Source of the DNA: Candidatus Thorarchaeota archaeon
GTDB lineage: Archaea > Asgardarchaeota > Thorarchaeia > Thorarchaeales > Thorarchaeaceae
Reading direction: 5' to 3'
NCBI GenBank assembly: GCA_016839605.1
Contig: JAEOTX010000151.1
Location: 1-17,101 of the forward strand
Length of the DNA: 17,101 nt
Made by a program: the position numbers and the translations under genes. Positions 8,056-15,392 of the stretch are shown piece after piece. The notes beneath the pieces are model-generated. The model had not been told where the DNA came from. It ran no database searches and was given only the letters and a program-made list of their open reading frames with translations. Numbering within the stretch: position 1 is the first letter of the stretch; each line of letters starts with the position of its first letter.

Positions 8056-8061
8056 TTTAAA
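8056..8061 (-). promoter_or_regulatory. Putative TATA box for the 7582-8028 gene
   Basis: TTTAAA(T) at the spacing expected for a near-leaderless transcript starting at TTG 8028. Confidence 0.4.
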
Positions 8062-8288
8062 GGTAATCCTGCATATAGTAGACAATCAGATGTGGTTCGT
8101 TCCTAGTAGTATGAGCTCCAAATCTTCATTTCTTTTTTCTTAAAGAGCCCTAAGAATTTGAAGCAGAACACTAGCTTACGACGCCTTTTTTAGTGAGTAT
8201 CTCACTGGAGAGGTACACCAAAACGCTGAGCACTACACTGCTTGCGTTTGATACTCCAAAACTAACATGTTAGGAGAGAGAGTGAAAT

Positions 8289-9470
8289 ATGAGTTCAAGT
8301 AACAAGAGTGTGATGGCTGTCGCGCTGATTATCATCATAGGCATCGCCGGTCTCGGCATCTATATCATTGCCTTCAATCCGTTTGCACCACCAACGACGA
8401 CAACTACCACCACAACGACAACTACCACCACGACGACTACTGGTAATCCCAATCCATACGATGTTGCAATAGTATTTGCTACCGGTGGACTTGGTGACAA
8501 GAGCTTTAATGACGCGGCTTATCAAGGCGCGTTAGACGCGGAAGACCAACTAGGTATCACTTTCACGTACGTCGAACCTGCTTCGGTCACGGAATTCGAG
8601 GGCTATATTCGTGATTATGCCCTTCATGCGGGGTATGATGATCCCTACGACCTAATTATCTGCGTTGGATTTACCCAAGCTGACGCGTTGATGACAGTGG
8701 CAAACGAAACACCAACCCAGAACTTTGCCATTATCGACATGTGGATCGACCCAGTCGTCTATCCAACAGTGACATCATTGCTCTTTAATGAGAACGAGGG
8801 TGCCGCACTTGTCGGTGCGCTCGCAGGCCTTATGACCACAACAAACAAGGTCGCTATTGCTGCGGCATATCAGAATGATATGTTTGACAGGTTCGCAGGT
8901 GGGTACGTCTTTGGAGCCAACTATACGAACCCGGGAATTGCAGGTGACCTCTCGCATGCAGCACCGTATAATTGCACAGTCGCATACGTAGGAAGTGACT
9001 GGCGCGCATTTACCGACATCCCTGCTGCAACGATACTAGCTGACGCTTTGTACAATGCGCAAGGAAATGATATTGTCTTTGCCGCAACTGGGCGAGCAGG
9101 TCTAGGTGTGATTAACACAGCCAAGGTCTTGAACGAAACCTTAGACCACCCAGCTTGGGCAATCGGAGTCGATTCGCCGCAGATGTACCTCGGGACTGCC
9201 AATCCATCTGCTCCTGATGCGCCAACAGCTGTCATCACATCAATGCTCAAGAGAGTTGACGTCGCAGTCTTTGATGCAATCAAAAATGCTACGACTACAG
9301 GCCACACACCTGGCATATGGTCCGGCACAGTTGCGAATGGCGGCCTCGACTTTGAGATAAATGCAGACTTGAGAGTCATCCCACAGAGTATCCTTGATGA
9401 GGTTAATGCGTTCAAGGCGTTGATTGCAGCGGGAACAGTTGTAGTACCGTTCAATCTCTACTGGATTTAG
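8289..9470 (+). CDS. BMP-family (PnrA/TmpC/BmpA-like) ABC substrate-binding protein, probably for nucleosides
   Basis: 393 aa: N-terminal TM anchor, Thr16 linker, then GGLGDKSFNDAAYQG, DLIICVGF, NFAIID, F.ENEG..LVG.LAG, DIVFAATG..GLGV, AIGVDS.Q and TSMLKRVDVAVF. Confidence 0.93.
   Translation: MSSSNKSVMAVALIIIIGIAGLGIYIIAFNPFAPPTTTTTTTTTTTTTTTTGNPNPYDVAIVFATGGLGDKSFNDAAYQGALDAEDQLGITFTYVEPASVTEFEGYIRDYALHAGYDDPYDLIICVGFTQADALMTVANETPTQNFAIIDMWIDPVVYPTVTSLLFNENEGAALVGALAGLMTTTNKVAIAAAYQNDMFDRFAGGYVFGANYTNPGIAGDLSHAAPYNCTVAYVGSDWRAFTDIPAATILADALYNAQGNDIVFAATGRAGLGVINTAKVLNETLDHPAWAIGVDSPQMYLGTANPSAPDAPTAVITSMLKRVDVAVFDAIKNATTTGHTPGIWSGTVANGGLDFEINADLRVIPQSILDEVNAFKALIAAGTVVVPFNLYWI
8394..8441 (+). 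repeat. Poly-Thr (16 codons) linker with an internal tandem duplication
   Basis: ACN x16 using all four Thr codons. The exact 17-nt repeat ACGACAACTACCACCAC occurs at 8397-8413 and 8415-8431 (18-nt period). Confidence 0.9.
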
Positions 9471-9488
9471 TGTGTACTGAATCGAAAC

Positions 9489-9525
9489 AGGAGGCGAACG
9501 CCTCCTTTTCCTCTTTTTCTTTATT
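9489..9525 (+). terminator. Stem-loop plus U-tract terminator/attenuator after the BMP gene
   Basis: AGGAGGC-GAAC-GCCTCCT (9489-9506) followed directly by TTTCCTCTTTTTCTTTATT. Confidence 0.75.
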
Positions 9526-9638
9526 CGTAATCTCATCCCGCACGGTTTATTACGAGGATTAGTGATACATCCGCCCATAGGATGTCATACCGAGTTTCCC
9601 TGTCGAAACTCGGCTCCCCAATCTAGGAGGTTGTAGCC

Positions 9639-11231
9639 ATCTACGCAGTTGAGCTTGAAGGAATTAGTAAGACCTTCCCGGGCGGCGTTCAGGCGAACCG
9701 GGATGTGACTCTGCGAATTGAGGAGGGTGAAGTCCACGGTCTTCTCGGCGAGAACGGAGCTGGCAAGAGTACACTCATGAATATCCTCTACGGTCTATTG
9801 TCAAAAGACTCCGGAAGAATTGTCATCAAAGGGGAGGAGGCTGATCTGCAATCCCCACAGGATGCGATCGTTAGAGGAGTAGGTATGGTCCATCAGCATT
9901 TCAAGCTGATACCTACACTCACCGTGACAGAGAACGTTATACTAGGTCTTGAATCCACGTTGAAAAGACTCGGCGCAATTAGCCGGAGAGCCAGTGGATT
10001 GATCAAGCCATTTATACGAACTGACTACAAAAGCGCTGAGGAGAAGATACGAAGAATCTCAGAAGAGAACGGACTAATAGTAGATCCACAGGCCAAAGTG
10101 GCAGACCTATCAGTCGGTCTGCAACAGAGAGTTGAAATTATAAAGACGCTCTACAGAGACGCTGACATTTTGATACTTGATGAACCAACGTCCGTACTCA
10201 CCCCCCACGAGGTTGATGAGCTCTTTGAAACCCTTGAGGCCTTCAGGGATTCCGGCAAGACCATAATCCTAATCACCCACAAGCTTCGTGAACCAATGGC
10301 ACTATGCGATAGGATTAGTGTTCTACGAGATGGCAGCCTCGTGGGAACAGTGAATAGGCAAGACACATCGCCCGAGGAGTTGGCCGAGCTAATGGTAGGG
10401 CGTCCAGTTGTTTTCAGGATTGAAAAAGCTCCGGCCTCCATTGGCGAAGCTGTCCTTTCAGTGAGAGAATTGAAAGTAGCTGACAGTCGCGGATTGACAA
10501 GAGTTAGAGGAGTTTCTTTTGAAGTTCACGCAGGGGAAATCTTTGGCATTGCTGGCGTTGAGGGGAATGGTCAGACCGAGCTAGTCGAAGCTATCTCAGG
10601 TCTGCGAAGACCTCTGGGAGGACATATCTTTCTCTCGGGTCAGGACATAGCAGGCCAGAACGCTAGAAGTGTGCGAGAGGCTGGTGTGAGCCATATCCCG
10701 GAGGACAGACAGAAACGAGGACTAGTCCTGGGATACAACGTCAGGGAGAATATGGTACTCGGGAAACATCATACCGATCGTTTTACTTCAGGACCGCGTG
10801 GCTTGTTAATTGATGGCGATAGCATCCTTGAAACTTCGGAAAAGCTGGTGGATGATTTCTCGATAAAAGTCGGGAGCCTAAAAGGACAAGTCAGCACTCT
10901 TTCTGGTGGAAACCAGCAGAAGCTGATTGTTGCAAGAGAACTGGCATTCGGACCTAAGCTGGTTATCGCGGCTCAGCCTACTAGGGGTCTGGATGTTGGA
11001 GCAACTGAATACATTCACAATGTACTTGTTACAATGAGGGATGCTGGAGGGGCTTTGCTCTTAGTAACAGCAGACTTGGATGAGGTTTGGTCCTTGGCTG
11101 ACAGGATAGGAGTGATATTTGATGGACAATTAGTAGCCATCAAAACACCCGAAGAAACCAGCATGCAAGAACTTGGATTACTTATGGCCGGTCATGGTGT
11201 TGACCAATCTTCTCAGGGGGTATCGAATTGA
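9639..11231 (+). CDS. ABC transporter ATP-binding protein with tandem NBDs (NupA/YufO-like, CUT2 family)
   Basis: Walker A GENGAGKS, HQHF Q-loop, LSVGLQQRVEI, LILDEPT and ITHKL; second NBD with degenerate GVEGNGQT, LSGGNQQK and AAQPTRGLD. The conserved N-terminus (YAVELEGISKTFPGGVQANRDV) lies upstream of the track's GTG 9705, so the start is placed tentatively at ATC 9639 behind GGAGG (9626-9630). Confidence 0.92.
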   Translation: MYAVELEGISKTFPGGVQANRDVTLRIEEGEVHGLLGENGAGKSTLMNILYGLLSKDSGRIVIKGEEADLQSPQDAIVRGVGMVHQHFKLIPTLTVTENVILGLESTLKRLGAISRRASGLIKPFIRTDYKSAEEKIRRISEENGLIVDPQAKVADLSVGLQQRVEIIKTLYRDADILILDEPTSVLTPHEVDELFETLEAFRDSGKTIILITHKLREPMALCDRISVLRDGSLVGTVNRQDTSPEELAELMVGRPVVFRIEKAPASIGEAVLSVRELKVADSRGLTRVRGVSFEVHAGEIFGIAGVEGNGQTELVEAISGLRRPLGGHIFLSGQDIAGQNARSVREAGVSHIPEDRQKRGLVLGYNVRENMVLGKHHTDRFTSGPRGLLIDGDSILETSEKLVDDFSIKVGSLKGQVSTLSGGNQQKLIVARELAFGPKLVIAAQPTRGLDVGATEYIHNVLVTMRDAGGALLLVTADLDEVWSLADRIGVIFDGQLVAIKTPEETSMQELGLLMAGHGVDQSSQGVSN

Positions 11232-12745
11232 GCGGGGAATACATCGAAGACAGCGCAGTGGATGTATCTCATACACATGAGGAGAAGTCAAGTGCATTCC
11301 AGAAGCTAGTCATCGTATTCAACAAAGTCAAGCACAGACTTCCAAGCAGAGACTATTGGAAACCGCTATTTTGGTCTCTGGGATCCATTATCCTTGCGCT
11401 CTTGGTGAGCGCTATTATGATGACGGTCATGGGGTATGATGCCATTATGGCTTTCGACTACCTCATACGCGGTGCTTTGGACCAACCCGACAGGGTTCTC
11501 CAGTATGCGACTCCATTGATTCTTACGGGCTTGTCTGTTGCACTCGCCTTCAGATGTGGCCTATTCAACATTGGACCTGAGGGGCAGCTTCTGATTGGTT
11601 CAATGGCAGCGGCAATTCTGGGATATGTGGTTGCCCTTCCATTCTTGGTTCATCCCCTAGTTTGCATCGGCGTAGCGGCATTAGCCGGGGGACTATGGGG
11701 ATTTCTTCCTGGACTGTTGAGAGCCTATCGTGGTGCTCACGAGGTGGTCACCACGATGATGCTAAGTTACGTAGCGATCAATTTCACTCAATATTTAGCC
11801 GGTGGTCCACTGAAAGAGCAGGGAGAATACGCATGGATTTCCCAAACGACTCGAATCCTAGACACTTCAGAATTGGCCAAGATATTTGGTCCATACCTGC
11901 ATTGGGGATTCGCAGTCGCCATTGTATGCGTTATTGGTATTGATTTCCTGCTGAAGCGGACTGTTCTGGGTTATGAAATGAAGGCAGTTGGATTAAACGA
12001 GGAAGCAGCAGAATATGCCGGCATTAATTCCAAGCGGAGCATGGCTCTGGCACTAGGAATCAGTGGAGCCCTAGCTGGTATTGGTGGTGCAGGAGAAATC
12101 CTAGGAACCCATCACAGATTCCTTGATGGCTGGTCAGGTGGATTGGGATGGGACGGAATAACAGTCGCAGTTCTCGGCAACAACAGTCCTTGGGGTGTGC
12201 TAGGCGCAGCGATATTCTTTGGGGCCCTCAGGGCTGGCGGGAACCGCATGCATCAGTTTGCCCACGTACCAATCGAGATCGTTGGTTTGATTCAAGGTCT
12301 GGTCGTTATATTTGTAGCTGCACCAAGAATCATTGATTGGCTAGGCAGACAGACCATAGATTCAGCAAGCTGGATTAAGAGAGAGCCTAGAGAGGGATTG
12401 CCCGGCATAGCTGTCTTGGTCTTTAATCTATTCGGACTGTTCTTGGGTATCGGCATATCGGCATCGCTGTTCGCAACCAATCCTATACTTGGCGTGATGT
12501 TTTCAATGGTCGGCATCGTCAGCGGTCTAGTGTCATACAGGATACTCTCAAGACAGGAAACAGCATTGTCCCTATCAATTATCCCAGCAATTGCATGGGT
12601 TGACGCGATGGTTCTTGATATTTTGATTGGGGAAGCGATGTTCTTCAACATGGGAATGGTAATGGTCATTGTCGGTCTCATCCTCTCGGTCGTGTTATGG
12701 ATGATGCAGGCTCTCACTGTACAACCTGATGGAGGCGAAGTATAA
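11228..12745 (+). CDS. ABC transporter permease (NupB/YufP-like) with C-terminal membrane extension
   Basis: TTG start overlapping the ATPase TGA (TTGA). Motifs ATPLILTGL, GLFNIGPEGQ, HEVVTTMMLSYVA, T.LGYEMKAVG.N..AAEYAGI and GWDGITVAVLG. 505 aa, versus roughly 350 aa typical for the family. Confidence 0.9.
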   Translation: MSGEYIEDSAVDVSHTHEEKSSAFQKLVIVFNKVKHRLPSRDYWKPLFWSLGSIILALLVSAIMMTVMGYDAIMAFDYLIRGALDQPDRVLQYATPLILTGLSVALAFRCGLFNIGPEGQLLIGSMAAAILGYVVALPFLVHPLVCIGVAALAGGLWGFLPGLLRAYRGAHEVVTTMMLSYVAINFTQYLAGGPLKEQGEYAWISQTTRILDTSELAKIFGPYLHWGFAVAIVCVIGIDFLLKRTVLGYEMKAVGLNEEAAEYAGINSKRSMALALGISGALAGIGGAGEILGTHHRFLDGWSGGLGWDGITVAVLGNNSPWGVLGAAIFFGALRAGGNRMHQFAHVPIEIVGLIQGLVVIFVAAPRIIDWLGRQTIDSASWIKREPREGLPGIAVLVFNLFGLFLGIGISASLFATNPILGVMFSMVGIVSGLVSYRILSRQETALSLSIIPAIAWVDAMVLDILIGEAMFFNMGMVMVIVGLILSVVLWMMQALTVQPDGGEV

Positions 12746-13701
12746 TGCAAGACATTCAGACTCTAGTTGCTCTGACAGGATGGCTTCTGAAGGCTACTCT
12801 AATGATGTCTACACCACTGGTCTTGGCAGCATTGGGAGGCTTGTTCTCGGAGAAGACAGGGATTGTTAACATTGGTTTGGAGGGAATGATGTTGATAGGC
12901 GCGTTTAGCGCAGTGGCAGCAACGTACTTCACTGATAATCCCTGGCTAGGCGTTCTGGCTGCGGTAATAGCTGGAGGAATGCTAGCGTCCATCCACGCCA
13001 TCGTGTGCGTCAAGTACAAAGGGAACCAAATTGTGAGTGGTGCAGGCATCATACTCTTTGCGGGAGGATTTACGACACTAATGCTGGAGGTCGTTTGGGG
13101 TGTGAAGGGAGTGTCAGACTCAGTCACAAGATTACCCAATGTGGTCATTGAGCCTATAAGCGATATTCCAATCCTAGGGGTGGCCCTTGGAGCACAGTCT
13201 CCACTTGTTTATATCATGTTAATACTGGTTGTCGTAAGCTGGTTTGTTATATACAAGACCCCGTTTGGTCTTAGAATCCAAGCAGCCGGAGAAGATCCAA
13301 GCGCATTAGACGCTGCAGGAGTCAGTGTTAGTAGTGTACGCATGATTGGGGTGGTTCTCAGCGGCTGCCTATCAGGATTGGGAGGTGCCTATCTAGCAAT
13401 CTCATATGCTTCAGAGTTTGGAAAAATGATGACTGTAGGTAGAGGATTCATCGCCCTGGCAGCCTTGATTTTCGGTAACTGGACTCCATTTGGTTGCCTC
13501 ATTGCAGGCGCATTATTCGGATTCCTAGATGGACTCCAATTTGCAATCTCTATTCTACCGGAATTCAGTTTCATGCTAGAGTATGTTAACTTCATCAAAA
13601 TGATACCATATGTCTTAGTGATAGTGGCTCTCGCAGGAATAAGAAAATCTGTCCCGCCCAAGGCAATTGGTACACCATACGAAAAGGAGGCCCGTGGTTA
13701 A
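12745..13701 (+). CDS. ABC transporter permease (NupC/YufQ-like)
   Basis: TAATG coupling to the upstream permease. Motifs TPLVLAALGGLFSEKTGIVNIGLEGMM, NQIVSG, KTPFGLRIQAAGEDP.A.DAAGVSV, GRGFIALAALIFGNW and PYV...PKAIGTPY. Confidence 0.93.
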   Translation: MQDIQTLVALTGWLLKATLMMSTPLVLAALGGLFSEKTGIVNIGLEGMMLIGAFSAVAATYFTDNPWLGVLAAVIAGGMLASIHAIVCVKYKGNQIVSGAGIILFAGGFTTLMLEVVWGVKGVSDSVTRLPNVVIEPISDIPILGVALGAQSPLVYIMLILVVVSWFVIYKTPFGLRIQAAGEDPSALDAAGVSVSSVRMIGVVLSGCLSGLGGAYLAISYASEFGKMMTVGRGFIALAALIFGNWTPFGCLIAGALFGFLDGLQFAISILPEFSFMLEYVNFIKMIPYVLVIVALAGIRKSVPPKAIGTPYEKEARG

Positions 13702-13732
13702 GGCCAAGTGCGTACAGCATATGATAGCCCCT

Positions 13733-13762
13733 AAAAAACAAGAAAAGGGGTGAAACACCCCT
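13733..13762 (-). terminator. Stem-loop plus U-tract terminator of the small basic protein gene
   Basis: AGGGGTG-AAA-CACCCCT (13746-13762) overlaps the stop codon and is followed on the minus strand by TTTCTTGTTTTTT. Confidence 0.7.
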
Positions 13763-13955
13763 ATTTCCCGGAATTCATTCTCTGCCAGCAACGCTTGCAG
13801 ATGCCCGGCGCAGGCATGGTGTTGCCATTCGCCCAGCCCTTGCAGTTGGGAGCCACACGAACAGTGCAGCGTTCCATCTTGCGGGGATAGCGAAGACCAC
13901 CGAACTCGCGAACGCGGGTCTTCTTCTGGCCTCGACGGCCCTTCTTGTGTGGCAA
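13761..13955 (-). CDS. Small highly basic Cys4 zinc-ribbon protein; candidate ribosomal protein (eL34-like)
   Basis: 64 aa with TTG start and upstream AGGA. 18 K/R versus 2 E, and C-x7-C-x14-C-x2-C. It fills an otherwise empty intergenic gap and is flanked by TTTAAAAG upstream and a hairpin/U-tract downstream. Coding status is well supported; the family call is tentative. Confidence 0.72.
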   Translation of the reverse strand: MPHKKGRRGQKKTRVREFGGLRYPRKMERCTVRVAPNCKGWANGNTMPAPGICKRCWQRMNSGK

Positions 13956-14058
13956 GTTACTGTTTTTCCTACTATGGCCTCAAGGGCGACATAGCTATGA
14001 AAGGGCGTCATCGAGCATGTCCATAACAAAACTCACGAGCGCCAGCGAACAGCTTCTT

Positions 14059-14066
14059 CTTTTAAA
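14059..14066 (-). promoter_or_regulatory. Putative TATA box (TTTAAAAG) for the small basic protein gene, within a divergent promoter region
   Basis: Minus strand reads AGAG-TTTAAAAG, implying a leader of about 80 nt before TTG 13955. Confidence 0.45.
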
Positions 14067-14127
14067 CTCTTGCAGAATTTGGACGATTTCCATAAGGTTC
14101 AAAGCAAGCAGAAGCCGTTCCTCTGCT

Positions 14128-14868
14128 ATGACTGTCCACTATGAGGAACGTGGAAAGGGAAATCCCGGTCCGATCATCATGGTCCACGGAGCAGGCGGCT
14201 CTTCAGCAACTTGGTATATGCAGGTCAAACATCTCTCTGACCGATTTCATATGATTGGCATTGATCTCAATGGACATGGAAGAACACCTGACCGGAAAGA
14301 GGATGATCTGACCCAGGCTTATCTGAATGACATCGGAACCATCGTCGGTCAATTCGAGAAACCAGTCTTATGTGGTCATTCCATGGGGGGAGCATTGACT
14401 CAGCTCTACGCTCTCAGGTATCCCGATAGATTGAGCGGAATAATCCTTGTCGGCACAGGTGCACGCCTCCGTGTTAATCCAATGATATTCAACCTGCTTG
14501 AAACTGACTTCGAAGGGTACGTCAATGCGGTTGGCGAATTCATGTTCCACGAAGACGCTGATGAATCCATAAAGGAGGCATCAAAGGCAGAAGTAAGAAA
14601 GTGTCCAGCCACTATAACACACAGAGACTTTGATTTATGCAATGAATATGATATAATGGAGGAGGTGGCTGGTCTTAGCCTACCTGCATTGGTAATAGTG
14701 GGTGATAGTGATGTCCTTACTCCGGTGAAATACTCGCAATATCTGGCGGATAGAATTGCGGCGTCTGAGATACACATAGTACCGAAAGCTGGACACAGTG
14801 TCATGCTAGAGCAGTGGGAATCATTCAACGACATAATTGCGAACTGGTATCAAGCCCTCGCAACATGA
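14128..14868 (+). CDS. Alpha/beta-fold hydrolase (Abhydrolase_1/6 type)
   Basis: Start re-set to ATG 14128 (MTVHYEERGKG), giving 246 aa. Oxyanion HGAGG, IDLNGHG, nucleophile GHSMGG, acid VGDSD and base AGH. Confidence 0.92.
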   Translation: MTVHYEERGKGNPGPIIMVHGAGGSSATWYMQVKHLSDRFHMIGIDLNGHGRTPDRKEDDLTQAYLNDIGTIVGQFEKPVLCGHSMGGALTQLYALRYPDRLSGIILVGTGARLRVNPMIFNLLETDFEGYVNAVGEFMFHEDADESIKEASKAEVRKCPATITHRDFDLCNEYDIMEEVAGLSLPALVIVGDSDVLTPVKYSQYLADRIAASEIHIVPKAGHSVMLEQWESFNDIIANWYQALAT

Positions 14869-14869
14869 C

Positions 14870-15262
14870 CTATATCCATTTGTCCTCCCTAATAGCTTCT
14901 AGCCAATTTGTTTGGTCAAAGTAAACTTCATTATGAACGATCTTATCAAACATGACTTCAACAACATCCATGCCCTCTTCTACAATCACTCTTGTGCCAA
15001 CTGGAATCTCGGCTTTCCATTTCAAGATAAAACCGTCTTTGGTGGGAAATACCTTTGAGGCGGTCCAGACCCATTCAGGATTTCTCTCAAGCAATTTCTG
15101 GAAGTAGGGTCGTATCTGATCATGACCCTGGATTCCATGGGGTTTAGCAGGATCGCGATAAAAAGCATGATTCGCATAGAACTCGATTAGCTTCTCAGGC
15201 CGATTGCCCGTCCAGGCAGTAAGCCATTTCTCACAGAATTTCAATGCCTCAGCTTCGTGCAT
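14870..15262 (-). CDS. NTF2-like / SnoaL-like domain protein
   Basis: 130 aa with W..AW......L..FYA....YRDP.....G.DQIR.YF, G.DVVEV...KI...EVYFD. Confidence 0.85.
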   Translation of the reverse strand: MHEAEALKFCEKWLTAWTGNRPEKLIEFYANHAFYRDPAKPHGIQGHDQIRPYFQKLLERNPEWVWTASKVFPTKDGFILKWKAEIPVGTRVIVEEGMDVVEVMFDKIVHNEVYFDQTNWLEAIREDKWI

Positions 15263-15392
15263 GGTTTGACTTAGACGAAACTAATGGTTTACTCTTCCGG
15301 TTCAAGGCCATAGAGCAGCTCCGGCAGAAACTTATGTCAGATTTGGAGCCATGAGTTGTTCTAAATCACAATGATTCAAGGAGAGAAATGAA

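Noticed and set aside
8200-8230. CTGGAGAG...CACC resemblance to a glycine riboswitch, and TCGTA...TACGA at 9525-9555 resembling a purine riboswitch P1
   Set aside because: The remaining conserved cores (GAAGG and CUCUCAGG; the P2/P3 loops and UUUCUAC junction) are absent and the spacing is wrong.
9240-9578. 112-aa minus-strand ORF with CxxC pairs and a basic run (KKKRKRRR)
   Set aside because: The basic run is simply the reverse complement of the terminator U-tract, and the rest is antisense to the BMP gene.
13775-14029. 84-aa minus-strand ORF overlapping the 64-aa gene, and the 61-aa N-terminal extension of the hydrolase (13945-14127)
   Set aside because: Neither looks protein-like. The 64-aa frame has the coherent Cys pattern and terminator placement, and the hydrolase fold begins at ATG 14128.
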